Part shown: positions 40,731 through 50,578 of the stretch, piece after piece | Layout: each line of letters opens with the position of its first letter | Numbering within the stretch: position 1 is the stretch's first letter | Assembly (NCBI GenBank): GCA_038230375.1 | Contig: JBBRNJ010000054.1 | Coordinates: 1 to 63,644, forward strand | Origin: Polyangiales bacterium | GTDB taxonomy: Bacteria > Myxococcota_A > Polyangia > Polyangiales > Polyangiaceae | Direction: 5' to 3' | DNA length: 63,644 nucleotides | Notes under the pieces: generated by a model | Told to the model about the DNA's origin: nothing | Seen by the model: the letters and a program-made list of their open reading frames with translations, nothing else | Database searches by the model: none | Position numbers and translations under genes: made by a program

Positions 40731-42068
40731 ATGCGCGTCGTGCACTCGTTCGCCGGACTCGTGACCCTGGGGGTCGTGATCTCCGCGTGCTACGACGACC
40801 CCACGCTGCAGCTGGTGAAGGTGCCACGCGACGCCGGCGCCCACGAGGCGGGCACCCCCATCGTAGGTGGGTGCGGAGGCGCGGGCTGCGGAGGCAGCGA
40901 CGGCGGCGCGGACAGCGGCGACGCGGGCAGGCGCACGCCCACGCCCGTACCGGACCCGAACTACCCGACGACGCATGCTCCCATTCCGCTCCTCCGCTAT
41001 GCACACGGCAACGTGCTCGACGCGCCGAAGGTCGTGACGGTGACGTTCGACAACGACACGAGCCGCGACTTCCTGGAAGGCTTCGGCGACAGCATCACCG
41101 GGACCGCGTGGTGGGATGCGGTCTCCGCCGGCTACTGCGACGACCGCGCGAAGTGCGTTGGTCATGGCGCTGGCGCAGGGCACGTACGCACGGCGTCACC
41201 CGGTAGCAGCCTCGCCGACATCGCCGGGAACTACGCGGAGTCAGCCGTCAAGCAGTACATCGCGCAGCAGATCCAGAGCGGCACGTTCCCCGTGCCGGAC
41301 GCGAACACCATCTACATGCTCTACACGCCGGACTCGCTGCAGGTGACGCTCGACGGCAAGCGCCAGTGCGTGGATTTTGGCGCCTTCCACAACTCCATGA
41401 CGTTGACGGCGCCCGGCGGCACTGCGCCCGTCACGTTCACCTACGCGATCATGCCGCGGTGCTCGAATGCGGACCGCATGGTGACGTTCACCGCCAGTCA
41501 CGAGCTGGTCGAGGCGGCAACGGATCCCATCTTTGACGACGTCGCGAAGGTGCAGCCGGGATGGACGTCGACGAAGGACGCCTGGGACTTCCTTTCGGGG
41601 GGCGAGGTGGCGGACCGCTGCTTCGACTTCGATCGCAAGGGCAGGGACGTCTACCACCAGGGGCCGTATACCGTGACGCGCAGCTTCAGCAACCTGGCCG
41701 CGTCGCAGAGCCACGACCCGTGCGTGCCCGCGCCTTCCCCGGACAAGCTGCCGTACTTCAACGTCGCACCGGAATACCGCGACATGCTGCTCCTGAAGGT
41801 GGGCGAGCCGGTGCAGGTCTCGCTCGTCGCGTTCACCGATGCGCCGCTACCAGCGTTCAACGTGGATGTGCTGGAGCAGTCAGGGCAGCTGGGTATGGTC
41901 GACGTGCTCTCTCTCTCGCTGGATCGGACCACGGCGCAGAACGGGCAAGAGCTCACACTCACCATCACGCTGAACTCGTCACCGGGCGCCGGCTATGCGC
42001 CGTTCCAGATCACGTCGACGCTCGGCCCGTTCGAGCATCACTGGCAGTTCATCGTCCAGCCGAAGTGA
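40731..42068 (+). CDS. Lipoprotein with a zincin-like HE motif
   Basis: Lipobox ISAC; FGAFHNS, ASHELVEAATDP and EVADRC motifs. Confidence 0.65.
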   Translation: MRVVHSFAGLVTLGVVISACYDDPTLQLVKVPRDAGAHEAGTPIVGGCGGAGCGGSDGGADSGDAGRRTPTPVPDPNYPTTHAPIPLLRYAHGNVLDAPKVVTVTFDNDTSRDFLEGFGDSITGTAWWDAVSAGYCDDRAKCVGHGAGAGHVRTASPGSSLADIAGNYAESAVKQYIAQQIQSGTFPVPDANTIYMLYTPDSLQVTLDGKRQCVDFGAFHNSMTLTAPGGTAPVTFTYAIMPRCSNADRMVTFTASHELVEAATDPIFDDVAKVQPGWTSTKDAWDFLSGGEVADRCFDFDRKGRDVYHQGPYTVTRSFSNLAASQSHDPCVPAPSPDKLPYFNVAPEYRDMLLLKVGEPVQVSLVAFTDAPLPAFNVDVLEQSGQLGMVDVLSLSLDRTTAQNGQELTLTITLNSSPGAGYAPFQITSTLGPFEHHWQFIVQPK

Positions 42069-42081
42069 GGCGGAGTGGCTG

Positions 42082-43995
42082 CTAGCGGCGCTTGCGTCTC
42101 ACGCGTGACAGCGCCACGAGCGCAAGGGCGATCCCGCCGACATCTCCGGTGGGCCCGCTCGCGCTCTTGCAGCGGCAGCCACCTCCGGTGCTCTCGTAGA
42201 CGTACGTGAAGTCGTCGCCTGCGTCGCCTGCGTCGCCTGCGTCGCCTGCGCTGCCAGCGCCTCCCGGCGTGATGGCGCCGGAGTCCTGCGTGGTGGGGGC
42301 GCCGCTGTCTGCGGGTGTTGCCCCGGCCTCGTTCGCGATACCGGCGTCACCCACGGAGACGGTGATGGACAGCGCCGTGGACTTGCTGGTCGCGTAGGCC
42401 GGGTCGGCGTCGTACGTCGCCACGAGCGAGTGCGTGCCGAGCAAGAGCGCGTCGAGCCCCAGCTTCGCCACGCCCTTCGCGTCGAGCATGGCGACACCGA
42501 CCTGTGCACCGTCGTCCGTGAACATCACGTTTCCGGTGGGCGTGCCCGAGCCAGTCGTCGGCGCCACCGTCGCCGTGAACATCACGGCGGACCCCAGGAT
42601 GCTGGTGACGTTGCTGCTGGTGAGCGAGGTGGTCGTGGGAAGCAGAGAGACGGACTGGACCACCGTGGCAGACGCGCTGCCCGAGTAGCTGCCGCTCCCC
42701 ACGTACGAGGCAACGACATCGTGATTGCCAGAAACAAGATCATTTGCCTGCAGCTTGGCGACGCCTGCCGCATCGAGCGCAACCGTGCTGGCCAGTGCGC
42801 CATCGATCGTGAACATGACGCTGCCCGCAGGCGTGCCGGTCGCGGGGGAGACGGCCGCGACCGTCGCGGCGAACGTCACCAGGTCACCAACGTTGCTCGG
42901 GTCCAGCGACGACGCAAGCTTGGTCGTGGTCGCACCCGTGTTGACGATCTGGTTCACGGTGCTGGACTTGCCGGCAGCGAAGAGCGGCGTGCCGGCGTAT
43001 TGCGCGGTCATGGGGTGCGTCATCACCGCGAGCGTTGCGGTCGTGAACGTCGCCGTTCCGCTCGCGTTGAGCGCCACGCTGCCGAGCACCGTCGCATTGT
43101 CCACGAACGCAACTGTTCCGGTGGGCGTGCCGGCTCCGGACGTCACCTTCGCTGTGAACGTCACCGTCTGCCCGAAGACCGATGGATTCTTGCCGGAGGT
43201 CAGCGTGACCGTCGTGGCTGCCGGGGCATTATAGGTGTATCCTGCAATCAATGCGGAGGTCGTCGTGTCGGCGTTCGTGACCGCCACGGTCGCCGGCCCC
43301 GCGGCGCCCGCGGGCGTGGTTGCGGTGATCGTGGCCTGATCGACCAGCACGATCTTCGTGGCCGGCACGCCTCCGAACGTGACCTGTGGGCCCGCCAGGA
43401 ATCCGGAGCCAGCGAGCGTGACGGTGGTGCCGCCTGCGGTCGGACCGGCGTTCGGCGTGACCGAGGTGAGCACCACCGCGCCGCAGCCGCCGACGTTCAA
43501 CGTGTAGCTCACGTTCGCGGCGCTCGTTGCGTTCACGGTGACAGTGAAGTTTGCCAGCGCGGGGATCGTCACCCCGTAGCTGACGGCGCCGCCAGATGCG
43601 GCCGGTCCCGAGTCAGCGAGATAGCCAGTCTTCGGGCTCGCAGGAGTGAACGCGCCGAGGTACGCGGTGGACTGCGCGCTGCCCGCGGTCACGTCCAGGG
43701 TCACCGTCACGCAGGCGGCGGAGGTGGAGCGGTTCTGCAGCGCGTAGCTCGCGTATGCGAACGTCGCTGCGGGGGTCACGACGACCGGGACGACCTTGCT
43801 GACGCCGCACACGCTCGCTGCGCCGTTCTTCAGACGCCCTGTCTGGAGTGGGCTCGCCGCGCCGAGCGTGCTTGCCGAGTTGAGCGGACATCGTTGCTGC
43901 GCCGCCGCGCTGTTCGCATGCAGGAGCACCGACAGCACGCCCAGAAGGACGAGCGCGACGCAGAGCCAGCGGGTGCGCAGAGCGCGATTGCCCAT
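42082..43995 (-). CDS. Surface protein with IPT/TIG, three Ig-like (Big_3-type) repeats and a MYXO-CTERM sorting signal
   Basis: VTPNAGPTAGGTTVTLAGSGF; repeats S.NPS..G..VTFTA.V...GTPTG.V.F; C-terminal GGGCRC...TM...RRKRR. Confidence 0.85.
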   Translation of the reverse strand: MGNRALRTRWLCVALVLLGVLSVLLHANSAAAQQRCPLNSASTLGAASPLQTGRLKNGAASVCGVSKVVPVVVTPAATFAYASYALQNRSTSAACVTVTLDVTAGSAQSTAYLGAFTPASPKTGYLADSGPAASGGAVSYGVTIPALANFTVTVNATSAANVSYTLNVGGCGAVVLTSVTPNAGPTAGGTTVTLAGSGFLAGPQVTFGGVPATKIVLVDQATITATTPAGAAGPATVAVTNADTTTSALIAGYTYNAPAATTVTLTSGKNPSVFGQTVTFTAKVTSGAGTPTGTVAFVDNATVLGSVALNASGTATFTTATLAVMTHPMTAQYAGTPLFAAGKSSTVNQIVNTGATTTKLASSLDPSNVGDLVTFAATVAAVSPATGTPAGSVMFTIDGALASTVALDAAGVAKLQANDLVSGNHDVVASYVGSGSYSGSASATVVQSVSLLPTTTSLTSSNVTSILGSAVMFTATVAPTTGSGTPTGNVMFTDDGAQVGVAMLDAKGVAKLGLDALLLGTHSLVATYDADPAYATSKSTALSITVSVGDAGIANEAGATPADSGAPTTQDSGAITPGGAGSAGDAGDAGDAGDDFTYVYESTGGGCRCKSASGPTGDVGGIALALVALSRVRRKRR

Positions 43996-44170
43996 GATCC
44001 TTCATCATCACCCCGCGAGGGCCAGATGCGCAAGTTGACGCGTGTCTGAAGAGAGACGGAGACGTGGATCACAGGCTGGAAGGGGGCACGGGAGAGAGTT
44101 TGCGCGGTGAGGCCCGATTTGAAGTGGCTCGCGTTGAATATTGCGCGGCGTGCGCTACCGTTTCGCCGCC

Positions 44171-45106
44171 ATGCTCAGCTCTTCCCCCCTGTCTCGGTGC
44201 TTCGTCGTGTGGGTATCGGTGGGTGCGCTTGTGGCGCTCGCGGCTGGCGTTGGGGGGTGCGGGAGCTCGTCGCATTCCGGGTTTGATCCGCAGAACGGTG
44301 GTGGCGGCGGCGATGGTGGCGGCCTCATCGGCTCCGATGATGGTGGTGGCGGCGGGTCGCTCGGTGGTGGTGGAGACGACGCGGGGGGTGGCACGAACAG
44401 TCCGCCCGCAGAGGTGTGGGGGCACTCGCCCGACACGCTCTACAAGGTGGACCCCAACACGAAGGCGGTCTCCGTGCAGGGAAAGTTCAGCGGCTGCACC
44501 AACGTGATCGACGTTGCGCTCGACTCCGCGTCCAACATGTACGTGACCACGCAGGATGGCTTCTACAAGGTCGACAAGAGCACCGCGGCCTGCACGCAGA
44601 TCGCCACGGGCTCGTATCCGAACTCACTGTCGTTCGTGCCTGCGGGCACGCTCGATCCGAGCGTGGAGGCGCTGGTCGGCTATGTCGGCGACCAGTACGT
44701 CCGCATCGATCCGAGCAACGGCAAGATCTCGAACCTGGGTTTGCTCGGCGCTGGCAATGGTGTCGTCTCGAGCGGCGACATCGTCTCGGTGAAGGGCGGC
44801 CCCAGCTACCTCACGGTGAGCGGCGGCTCCAAGTGCAGCTCCATGGACTGCCTCATCGAGGTGGATCCGAAGACCGGCGCGCAGACCAAGAACTATGGCT
44901 CCATCGGCCATGGCGCGGTGTTCGGCATCGCCTTCTGGGCCGGCACCGTCTACGCGTTCGACGAGGCGGGTGACCTCTTCTCCGTCACGATCGACGCCAT
45001 GGGCAAGCTCACCACGACCGCGATCCCGGTGCCCAACGCGCCGCCCGGCCTCAAGTTCTGGGGCGCAGGCTCCACCACCTCCGCTCCGCCGCACGGCCCC
45101 AACTAG
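44171..45106 (+). CDS. Lipoprotein, probable beta-propeller
   Basis: Lipobox VGGC, Gly/Asp linker, repeats LYKVDP / YVRIDP / LIEVDP, C-terminal FWGAGSTTSAP. Confidence 0.7.
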   Translation: MLSSSPLSRCFVVWVSVGALVALAAGVGGCGSSSHSGFDPQNGGGGGDGGGLIGSDDGGGGGSLGGGGDDAGGGTNSPPAEVWGHSPDTLYKVDPNTKAVSVQGKFSGCTNVIDVALDSASNMYVTTQDGFYKVDKSTAACTQIATGSYPNSLSFVPAGTLDPSVEALVGYVGDQYVRIDPSNGKISNLGLLGAGNGVVSSGDIVSVKGGPSYLTVSGGSKCSSMDCLIEVDPKTGAQTKNYGSIGHGAVFGIAFWAGTVYAFDEAGDLFSVTIDAMGKLTTTAIPVPNAPPGLKFWGAGSTTSAPPHGPN

Positions 45107-45193
45107 CGGTCGCCGTGTCGCCCGCGCGGCTCGTGTCGCGATCGGGGCGTGGGCAAGCTGCGCGCGCGCAGGTATAGTTTGATGATGACGGTC

Positions 45194-46000
45194 ATGCGCT
45201 GGTTCTTCACCCTCGGCTCGGCGTCCGTCGTCGTTGCAGCAGGTGTCGCGTGCTCGTCGGCCTACGTGAGCGATCCTGGACCTACGCCTGATGGCGGCGC
45301 AGAGGACGCGACTGTGACTGCCGACGTAGGCGCCGCGGACGGGGCGACCAAGAGCACGGATGCCTCGACCGACGCGGGGAACGACGGCGGCGTGGACGCG
45401 GGCGGGTTCGTCCTCCAGGTGTGTGATGGCGGCATTCTCACCTTCACGGACGACTCCATCGAACCCGAGAACTGGGCCCTTGGTCAGCAGTGCGCGCCGG
45501 ACATTGTCTTGTACGGTAAGGCGGGAACTACGATCGAGTGCGACGGTCCGGCCGGGGCCTTTGACGTGCTCACTTCGGGGCCCGCCATACCGACCGGCGC
45601 GGCGCAGGTCGCCTTCCGTGTTGTCTTCCTCGATCCCGGCGACGGCGGCCCCGCTGTCAGGCACACGTTCGCCCAGCTGATCGCCGCGCTGGGCCCTCAG
45701 GGCAATCTCGTATTTTCCTACGACCCGCACGTCTCCAGGGTGATTGTGACCAGCGGCGGAGCCGACATCGCCTTCTGGGACAACATCACCGTCGGGCCGT
45801 ATTCGCTGAGCATCTCCTTGCCAGCGGTGAACGACGCAGGCGTCGACAACGTCACGATGACCCTGGATGGGCGCGGGGCAAATCCGATCACCAACGTCGC
45901 GCGCGCAGCGGGGAGCCTTCAGATCGGGCCCTACATGAGCGGGGCCCCCGGCCACGCGAAGAACCGCTACAGCAACGTCGCGTTCTGGGCGTGCCCATGA
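45194..46000 (+). CDS. Hypothetical lipoprotein
   Basis: Lipobox GVAC, DAG-rich linker, beta-rich domain. Confidence 0.6.
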   Translation: MRWFFTLGSASVVVAAGVACSSAYVSDPGPTPDGGAEDATVTADVGAADGATKSTDASTDAGNDGGVDAGGFVLQVCDGGILTFTDDSIEPENWALGQQCAPDIVLYGKAGTTIECDGPAGAFDVLTSGPAIPTGAAQVAFRVVFLDPGDGGPAVRHTFAQLIAALGPQGNLVFSYDPHVSRVIVTSGGADIAFWDNITVGPYSLSISLPAVNDAGVDNVTMTLDGRGANPITNVARAAGSLQIGPYMSGAPGHAKNRYSNVAFWACP

Positions 46001-46009
46001 GCGTGTTGC

Positions 46010-46315
46010 TCACGTCTCCGTGGATGATCGGGCGCTGAGGCGGCGGTATACCCACGCCGCGAAGGTGAGCTGCGCAGCGAGGATGCACGCGAGGCCCCGC
46101 CCGGCTTTGCTGAGCGATTCGTAGTCCTCGAAGCCGCCGAGTTTCCAGAACAGGACGAAGTCACCGCCGAGCATCACGACCAGGACGACCAGCAATCCGA
46201 GAACGCCGCGGAGGTGCCGCCTATCCTCGGGCGAGCTCGAACCCGTGGTGATGGATTTCATGAACGCCTCGCGCTCCGCCTCGGAGACGTCGCCGTCCTT
46301 CCTTCCTTGCCGCAC
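46010..46315 (-). CDS. Small two-TM membrane protein (start uncertain: 46315 or 46261)
   Basis: Two hydrophobic helices at the 3' end of ORF 46010-46780. Confidence 0.45.
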   Translation of the reverse strand: MRQGRKDGDVSEAEREAFMKSITTGSSSPEDRRHLRGVLGLLVVLVVMLGGDFVLFWKLGGFEDYESLSKAGRGLACILAAQLTFAAWVYRRLSARSSTET

Positions 46316-46456
46316 CGCGCGAGCATAACTCCAAAGCCCAGTTCCAAAACCAAAACCGGTGAAGCGGTCCTCCGCGCCGGACGTGGTGCTGGCGCAACGG
46401 AACTCCCTTGAACGCCCTCGGCGTGTCGTTAGGATCGACCCATGCGCCGATTCCAG

Positions 46457-47011
46457 ATGAGCGAGTTTCCCTCGCACTTCCCGAAGCTGGTGACGCCCCG
46501 GCTCGTGCTCCGTCAGTACGAGGAGCGCGATCTCGCGGGCATCTTCGAGTTCTATTCGGACCCTGTTGCGATGCAGTACTGGAGCATTCCACCGGTCACT
46601 GACCTCTCCGAGGTCCGGCCGATCTACGAGCGCAATCACGGCGGGTTCGCAGCGGGAACGTCGATCTCGTGGGTGATCACCATGCCGCCGGACGATGCGT
46701 TCATCGGTGAGTGCTCGCTGTTTCACATCGACCTGGTCCACCGCCGCGCGGAGGTCGGGTACGGCCTTCATCGCACCCACTGGCGCCGCGGCATCATGCG
46801 CGAGGCGCTCGCCGCGGCCTTTGCGTTCGCGTTCGACACGATGCTGATGAACCGGCTCGAGGCCGATGTCGATCCGCGAAACGAGGCGTCGATCGGCATC
46901 CTCACCTCGCTCTTGTTCCGCCGCGAAGGCTACCTGCGCGAGCGATGGTTCACGGGCGGCGTGGTCGCCGACACCGTCCTCCTGGGCCGCATCCGCTCCG
47001 ACAAGCCGTGA
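46457..47011 (+). CDS. GNAT N-acetyltransferase, RimJ/RimL family
   Basis: TPRLVLR, AEVGYGL..HWRRGIMREA, VDPRNEAS and F.REGYLR motifs. Confidence 0.9.
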   Translation: MSEFPSHFPKLVTPRLVLRQYEERDLAGIFEFYSDPVAMQYWSIPPVTDLSEVRPIYERNHGGFAAGTSISWVITMPPDDAFIGECSLFHIDLVHRRAEVGYGLHRTHWRRGIMREALAAAFAFAFDTMLMNRLEADVDPRNEASIGILTSLLFRREGYLRERWFTGGVVADTVLLGRIRSDKP

Positions 47012-47056
47012 CCTTCCAGGTAGAGCGACGCTGGCGTCGCGTCTATTCTGTGGACG

Positions 47057-47767
47057 ATGGCTACCAAGACCAAAGGCAAGCGCGCTCTACCTCCGGCTCT
47101 CGCCAAGCGCGCGACCGCGATGGCGACGGACAAGAAGGTGCGGCTCCTCGCTCGTGGGAAGGGGCTCCTCGCGCTCGTTCGTGACAAGCGCCGCGTCGTC
47201 GCGATGGCGTTCTACGAGATGGGGCAGGCGCTACACGCGCTGTCCGCGCCCGACGTGTTCGGCGCGCTCGGTCACAAGACGTTCGAGGACCTGGTGGATC
47301 GGAAGCTCAAGATGTCGCTGTCGCAGGCGGACAGGCTGATCGCGACAGCACGGATGCTTGGCGAGGAGCAGGCGGTAGACCTTGGCTACGAGAAGAGCCT
47401 GGCGGTCGCGTCGGCGCTTGCCCTCCCGGGCGCGAAGCTCACGGGCGCGGCGCTCGTCCTGGGCAAGCGCACGCTCGACACGACAGCAACGTCGGCGGCG
47501 GACATCGAGGCGGCCGTCACCGCAGCGCGACACGAGCGGCAGAAGCCGGGCCGCCGCGGTCGCGGAAACACGACGACCCCAGGCGAGCGCGGGGCCGCCG
47601 AGAGATCGCAAGCAGAGCTGCGCCGGGCGGGCGCGAAGACCGCGACGGTGCGCGTGGTCGCGACGAAGCCAGGCCAACCCGCCGACGTGGTGCTCCGTCT
47701 GCGAAGCAGCGACGTCGCGGCGCTCGCGAAGCTCCACTGGGCCAAGCTGTTCACCCCCAAGGGGTGA
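47057..47767 (+). CDS. Basic hypothetical protein, DUF3102-like
   Basis: Lys/Arg-rich; AFYEMGQALHAL...FGALGHKTFEDLV..KLKMSLSQADRLI resembles DUF3102-type helical domains. Confidence 0.55.
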   Translation: MATKTKGKRALPPALAKRATAMATDKKVRLLARGKGLLALVRDKRRVVAMAFYEMGQALHALSAPDVFGALGHKTFEDLVDRKLKMSLSQADRLIATARMLGEEQAVDLGYEKSLAVASALALPGAKLTGAALVLGKRTLDTTATSAADIEAAVTAARHERQKPGRRGRGNTTTPGERGAAERSQAELRRAGAKTATVRVVATKPGQPADVVLRLRSSDVAALAKLHWAKLFTPKG

Positions 47768-47791
47768 AGCCGTTCACCCCCAAGGGGTGAA
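47749..47791. repeat. Tandem pair of identical 20-bp palindromes
   Basis: GTTCACCCCCAAGGGGTGAA at 47749-47768 and 47772-47791; each is TTCACCCC-CAA-GGGGTGAA. Confidence 0.9.
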
Positions 47792-47891
47792 CCGGGGCGT
47801 AGGATTGTCGCCTGCGCGGCATCTTCTTCGGGGTGCCGCCGCAAGCCACGTGGCTTTCGTCTCCGCGATGGATCGCCTACACTCGGAGGCG

Positions 47892-48140
47892 ATGTTGCCG
47901 TCCGATACTGACGAGAAGGCACGTGCCGTACAGCACGCGATCCTTCGTCGCCTCGGGCCGTCGGAGCGGCTCCGACTGGCGGCGGAGATGAGCGAAGACG
48001 TCCGGCGCATCGCGTTCGAGGCAGAGCAGCGACGCCACCCGGAGCTCTCCGAAGAAGCGGCTCGGCAGGCCGTGCTTGACCGCCTCTGGGGGCCCGAGCT
48101 CGCTGCCGCCGTCAGGCACGCGCGCGCCCAGCGTCCATGA
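47892..48140 (+). CDS. Rv0078B-like small antitoxin-type protein
   Basis: DTDEKARAVQHAILRRLGPSERLRLAAEMSEDVRRIA...RHPELSEE pattern; GGAGG SD. Confidence 0.65.
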   Translation: MLPSDTDEKARAVQHAILRRLGPSERLRLAAEMSEDVRRIAFEAEQRRHPELSEEAARQAVLDRLWGPELAAAVRHARAQRP

Positions 48141-48200
48141 GCAGCGAGGTCGGAATCGGACGGCCTGACTGCCGTGTGCCGAGGGGCCGCAGGGACAGCG

Positions 48201-49583
48201 CTACGAGTCGCTTGCGCCGCTGTCTTCTGGGGGGCCGCCGCCGCGTTCGCCTGCCATGCCGGCGCGCTCGAGCACGCGATAGAGGTGCTTGCGATCGAGG
48301 CCCGCGAGGCGCGCGGCCTGCGAGAGATTTCCAGCAGCGCGCTCCAGGAGCTTCGTGCAGTACTCGCGATCGAAGCGGAGCAGGAGCTCCTCCTTTGCCT
48401 CGTGATAGGGCGCGTCGAACCGCGCGATCGACTGTGCGACCGCGACGGGCGCGACGTCCGATGGTTTTCTGAGCTTGAGCAACACGGGCATCTCCGAGAA
48501 CGTGGCGCCCGGGGCCGCCAGCGTGACGGACCGAGCAATGACGTTGCGCAGCTCGCGCACATTGCCGGGCCACGCATACGACGTGAGTCTTTCGAGTGAC
48601 TTTCCTTCGACCCCGTCGGGGCTCGCGCCGTTCGCTTCGAGGAACGTCGAGACGAGCAGCGCGATATCGTCCGGGCGCTGTCTGAGCGCCGGCATGTGGA
48701 CCTCCACGACCGAGAGGCGGAAGTAGAGATCGCCGCGGAACGTGCCGCGTCCGACCTCTCCCCAGAGATCCTTGTGCGTCGCGGCGATGATGCGCACGTC
48801 GAACTGCTCCGTCTTGTTGGAGCCCACGGGGATGATCTCGCCGCGCTCCAGCATGCGGAGCAGCTTTGGCTGAAGCGTGATCGGCAGATCGCCGATCTCG
48901 TCCAGGAAGAGCGTGCCCTTGTGGGCTGCGGCGAACGCGCCGAGGCGATCGCCCTGGGCGCCGGTGAACGAGCCCTTCTTGTGTCCGAAGAGCTCGCTCT
49001 CGATCAGCGTGTCGCTCGCGGCGCCGCAATCGAACACCACGAAGGGTGCGTTCTTGCGCGGCCCCTCGTCGTGCAGCGCGCGCGCGACGAGCTCCTTGCC
49101 AGTGCCGCTCTCACCAAGGACGAGCACGGGCGCATTCGATACCGCCGCGCGCTCGAGCACCGAGAACACGCGACGCATCGGATCGGATCGTCCACGCAGC
49201 GCGCCGAACTGGGTGCGCGCGCTTGCGGGGAGGGGTGAAGCCTCTTCCGCGGGAAGAAGCTGCAGGAGCGTGGAGCCCACGCGGAGGATCGCGCCAACGG
49301 GGACCTCACCTTCCGTGAGCTGCGCCCCGTCGATCCACGTTCCGTTGCGCGAGCCCATGTCCTTCACGCGGAAGCCGGTCTCGCCTGGGACGATCGCGAC
49401 GTGCTTGCGCGAGACCTTGGTGTCCTTGAGCGTGAGGCTGCACGACTCGTCCGCGCCGACGATGACACCCACCGGCGGGATGTCGACCTCCTGTCCGGCG
49501 TCCTCACCGGACAGGACATAGAGGCGGCTGGGAACATGGCCGTGCTCCTTGACGGAGGCATTGGTGACGCGATGGACGGTCAT
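48201..49583 (-). CDS. FHA-domain sigma54-dependent enhancer-binding protein
   Basis: VSRKH..DMGSRNGT FHA; GESGTGKE, GSFTGA, WPGNVREL and NLSQAARLAG HTH. Confidence 0.93.
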   Translation of the reverse strand: MTVHRVTNASVKEHGHVPSRLYVLSGEDAGQEVDIPPVGVIVGADESCSLTLKDTKVSRKHVAIVPGETGFRVKDMGSRNGTWIDGAQLTEGEVPVGAILRVGSTLLQLLPAEEASPLPASARTQFGALRGRSDPMRRVFSVLERAAVSNAPVLVLGESGTGKELVARALHDEGPRKNAPFVVFDCGAASDTLIESELFGHKKGSFTGAQGDRLGAFAAAHKGTLFLDEIGDLPITLQPKLLRMLERGEIIPVGSNKTEQFDVRIIAATHKDLWGEVGRGTFRGDLYFRLSVVEVHMPALRQRPDDIALLVSTFLEANGASPDGVEGKSLERLTSYAWPGNVRELRNVIARSVTLAAPGATFSEMPVLLKLRKPSDVAPVAVAQSIARFDAPYHEAKEELLLRFDREYCTKLLERAAGNLSQAARLAGLDRKHLYRVLERAGMAGERGGGPPEDSGASDS

Positions 49584-49605
49584 GCCGCGTATCTTACGCG
49601 ACCGC

Positions 49606-50379
49606 TCAGCGCGCGGCCGTCTTCTTCTTCGGCGCCGCGGCAGCAGGCGCGGCCGCCGCGGGCCCGGGGAAGAAATGGTTGCCCGGCATGATCTCGCAGT
49701 CCTTCTGCGCGTCGGCCGCCTTCCACGCGGACGGACCACCGGCGTAGTAGCGCGAGGCCGAGGAGCTCCCGCGGCACGTGCCGACAAGCTTCGTCGCGCC
49801 GCATGCAGTGGCGGACCACTTGCCAGAGAGCTCCTTGCAGGTGCTCTCGCGATCGCCATCCAGGAGGCCCTTGCCCAGGTAGTCGTCGCACTTCTCGCCG
49901 GACGACATGGTGCACGAGCCAGTGATCTGCGAGGGCTGCGGCATGGCAGCGGTCTTCGCAGCCTCCTCCATGCCCGCGACCGCGGCGAACGTCCCGCCAG
50001 GCGACAGCGGGTTGTCGGTGCAGTCCTTCTGCGCGTCGGCCACGAACGGCGCGGAGAGGTTGCCCAGGTAGTAGACCTTCTTGCCGGGCTCCTTGCCCGC
50101 TTCCTTCTTCTCCGTGCACACGCCGATGCGCTTGTCCGTGGGGCACGCCGTCTTCGCGAACTTTCCCTTGAACATGCTGCACGCCATGCTGGCGCCGAGC
50201 TCCTCGCTCGCGGGGTCCTCGGAGCAGATGCCCATGTCCTCCATCGTGCAGCTGACGGCGTTGGATGCGGCGGCGGTGCCAGAGCCCGCGGCGTTGTCCG
50301 ACCCAGCGGACGACTTGCCGCAGCCCGTCACGGTGACGAGCAATCCAGAAGCGACCAGAGCGATGAGCGAGAGTTTCAT
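49606..50379 (-). CDS. Cys-rich lipoprotein with an internal duplication
   Basis: Lipobox VTGC; two repeats of SCTM..G..C....C....GK....AC......G.C....YY......ADAQKDC. Confidence 0.75.
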   Translation of the reverse strand: MKLSLIALVASGLLVTVTGCGKSSAGSDNAAGSGTAAASNAVSCTMEDMGICSEDPASEELGASMACSMFKGKFAKTACPTDKRIGVCTEKKEAGKEPGKKVYYLGNLSAPFVADAQKDCTDNPLSPGGTFAAVAGMEEAAKTAAMPQPSQITGSCTMSSGEKCDDYLGKGLLDGDRESTCKELSGKWSATACGATKLVGTCRGSSSASRYYAGGPSAWKAADAQKDCEIMPGNHFFPGPAAAAPAAAAPKKKTAAR

Positions 50380-50578
50380 GAGTTCCTCGAGACGGTGAAG
50401 ATGGAGGGGTGAAGATGGGATGTGCCAGCACGCGCGGTCGCGTCGTGGCGGCAACGAGCACCGTCCATGCCATCGCGCTCGGTGGTGGAATTCTCGATGA
50501 ATGGTCGACCGCGCCCGTCGCGATGTCCCCTGCTTGCCCCAGGTCGCCCGCTACAGCGTGGCGCCGCCGCCGCAACGA

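Noticed and set aside
42214..42250. 9-bp tandem repeat GTCGCCTGC
   Set aside because: It encodes the AGD/DAG linker of the MYXO-CTERM protein, a common low-complexity spacer.
46331..46357. A-rich CCAAAACCAAAACC patch
   Set aside because: Too short to separate from an ordinary divergent-promoter region.
47749..47791. Possible mini CRISPR array
   Set aside because: Only two 20-bp units with a 3-nt spacer, and no cas genes.
50411..50427. TGGCAC upstream of the Cys-rich lipoprotein as a sigma54 promoter
   Set aside because: The -12 position reads ATCT rather than TTGC, which is too weak to call.
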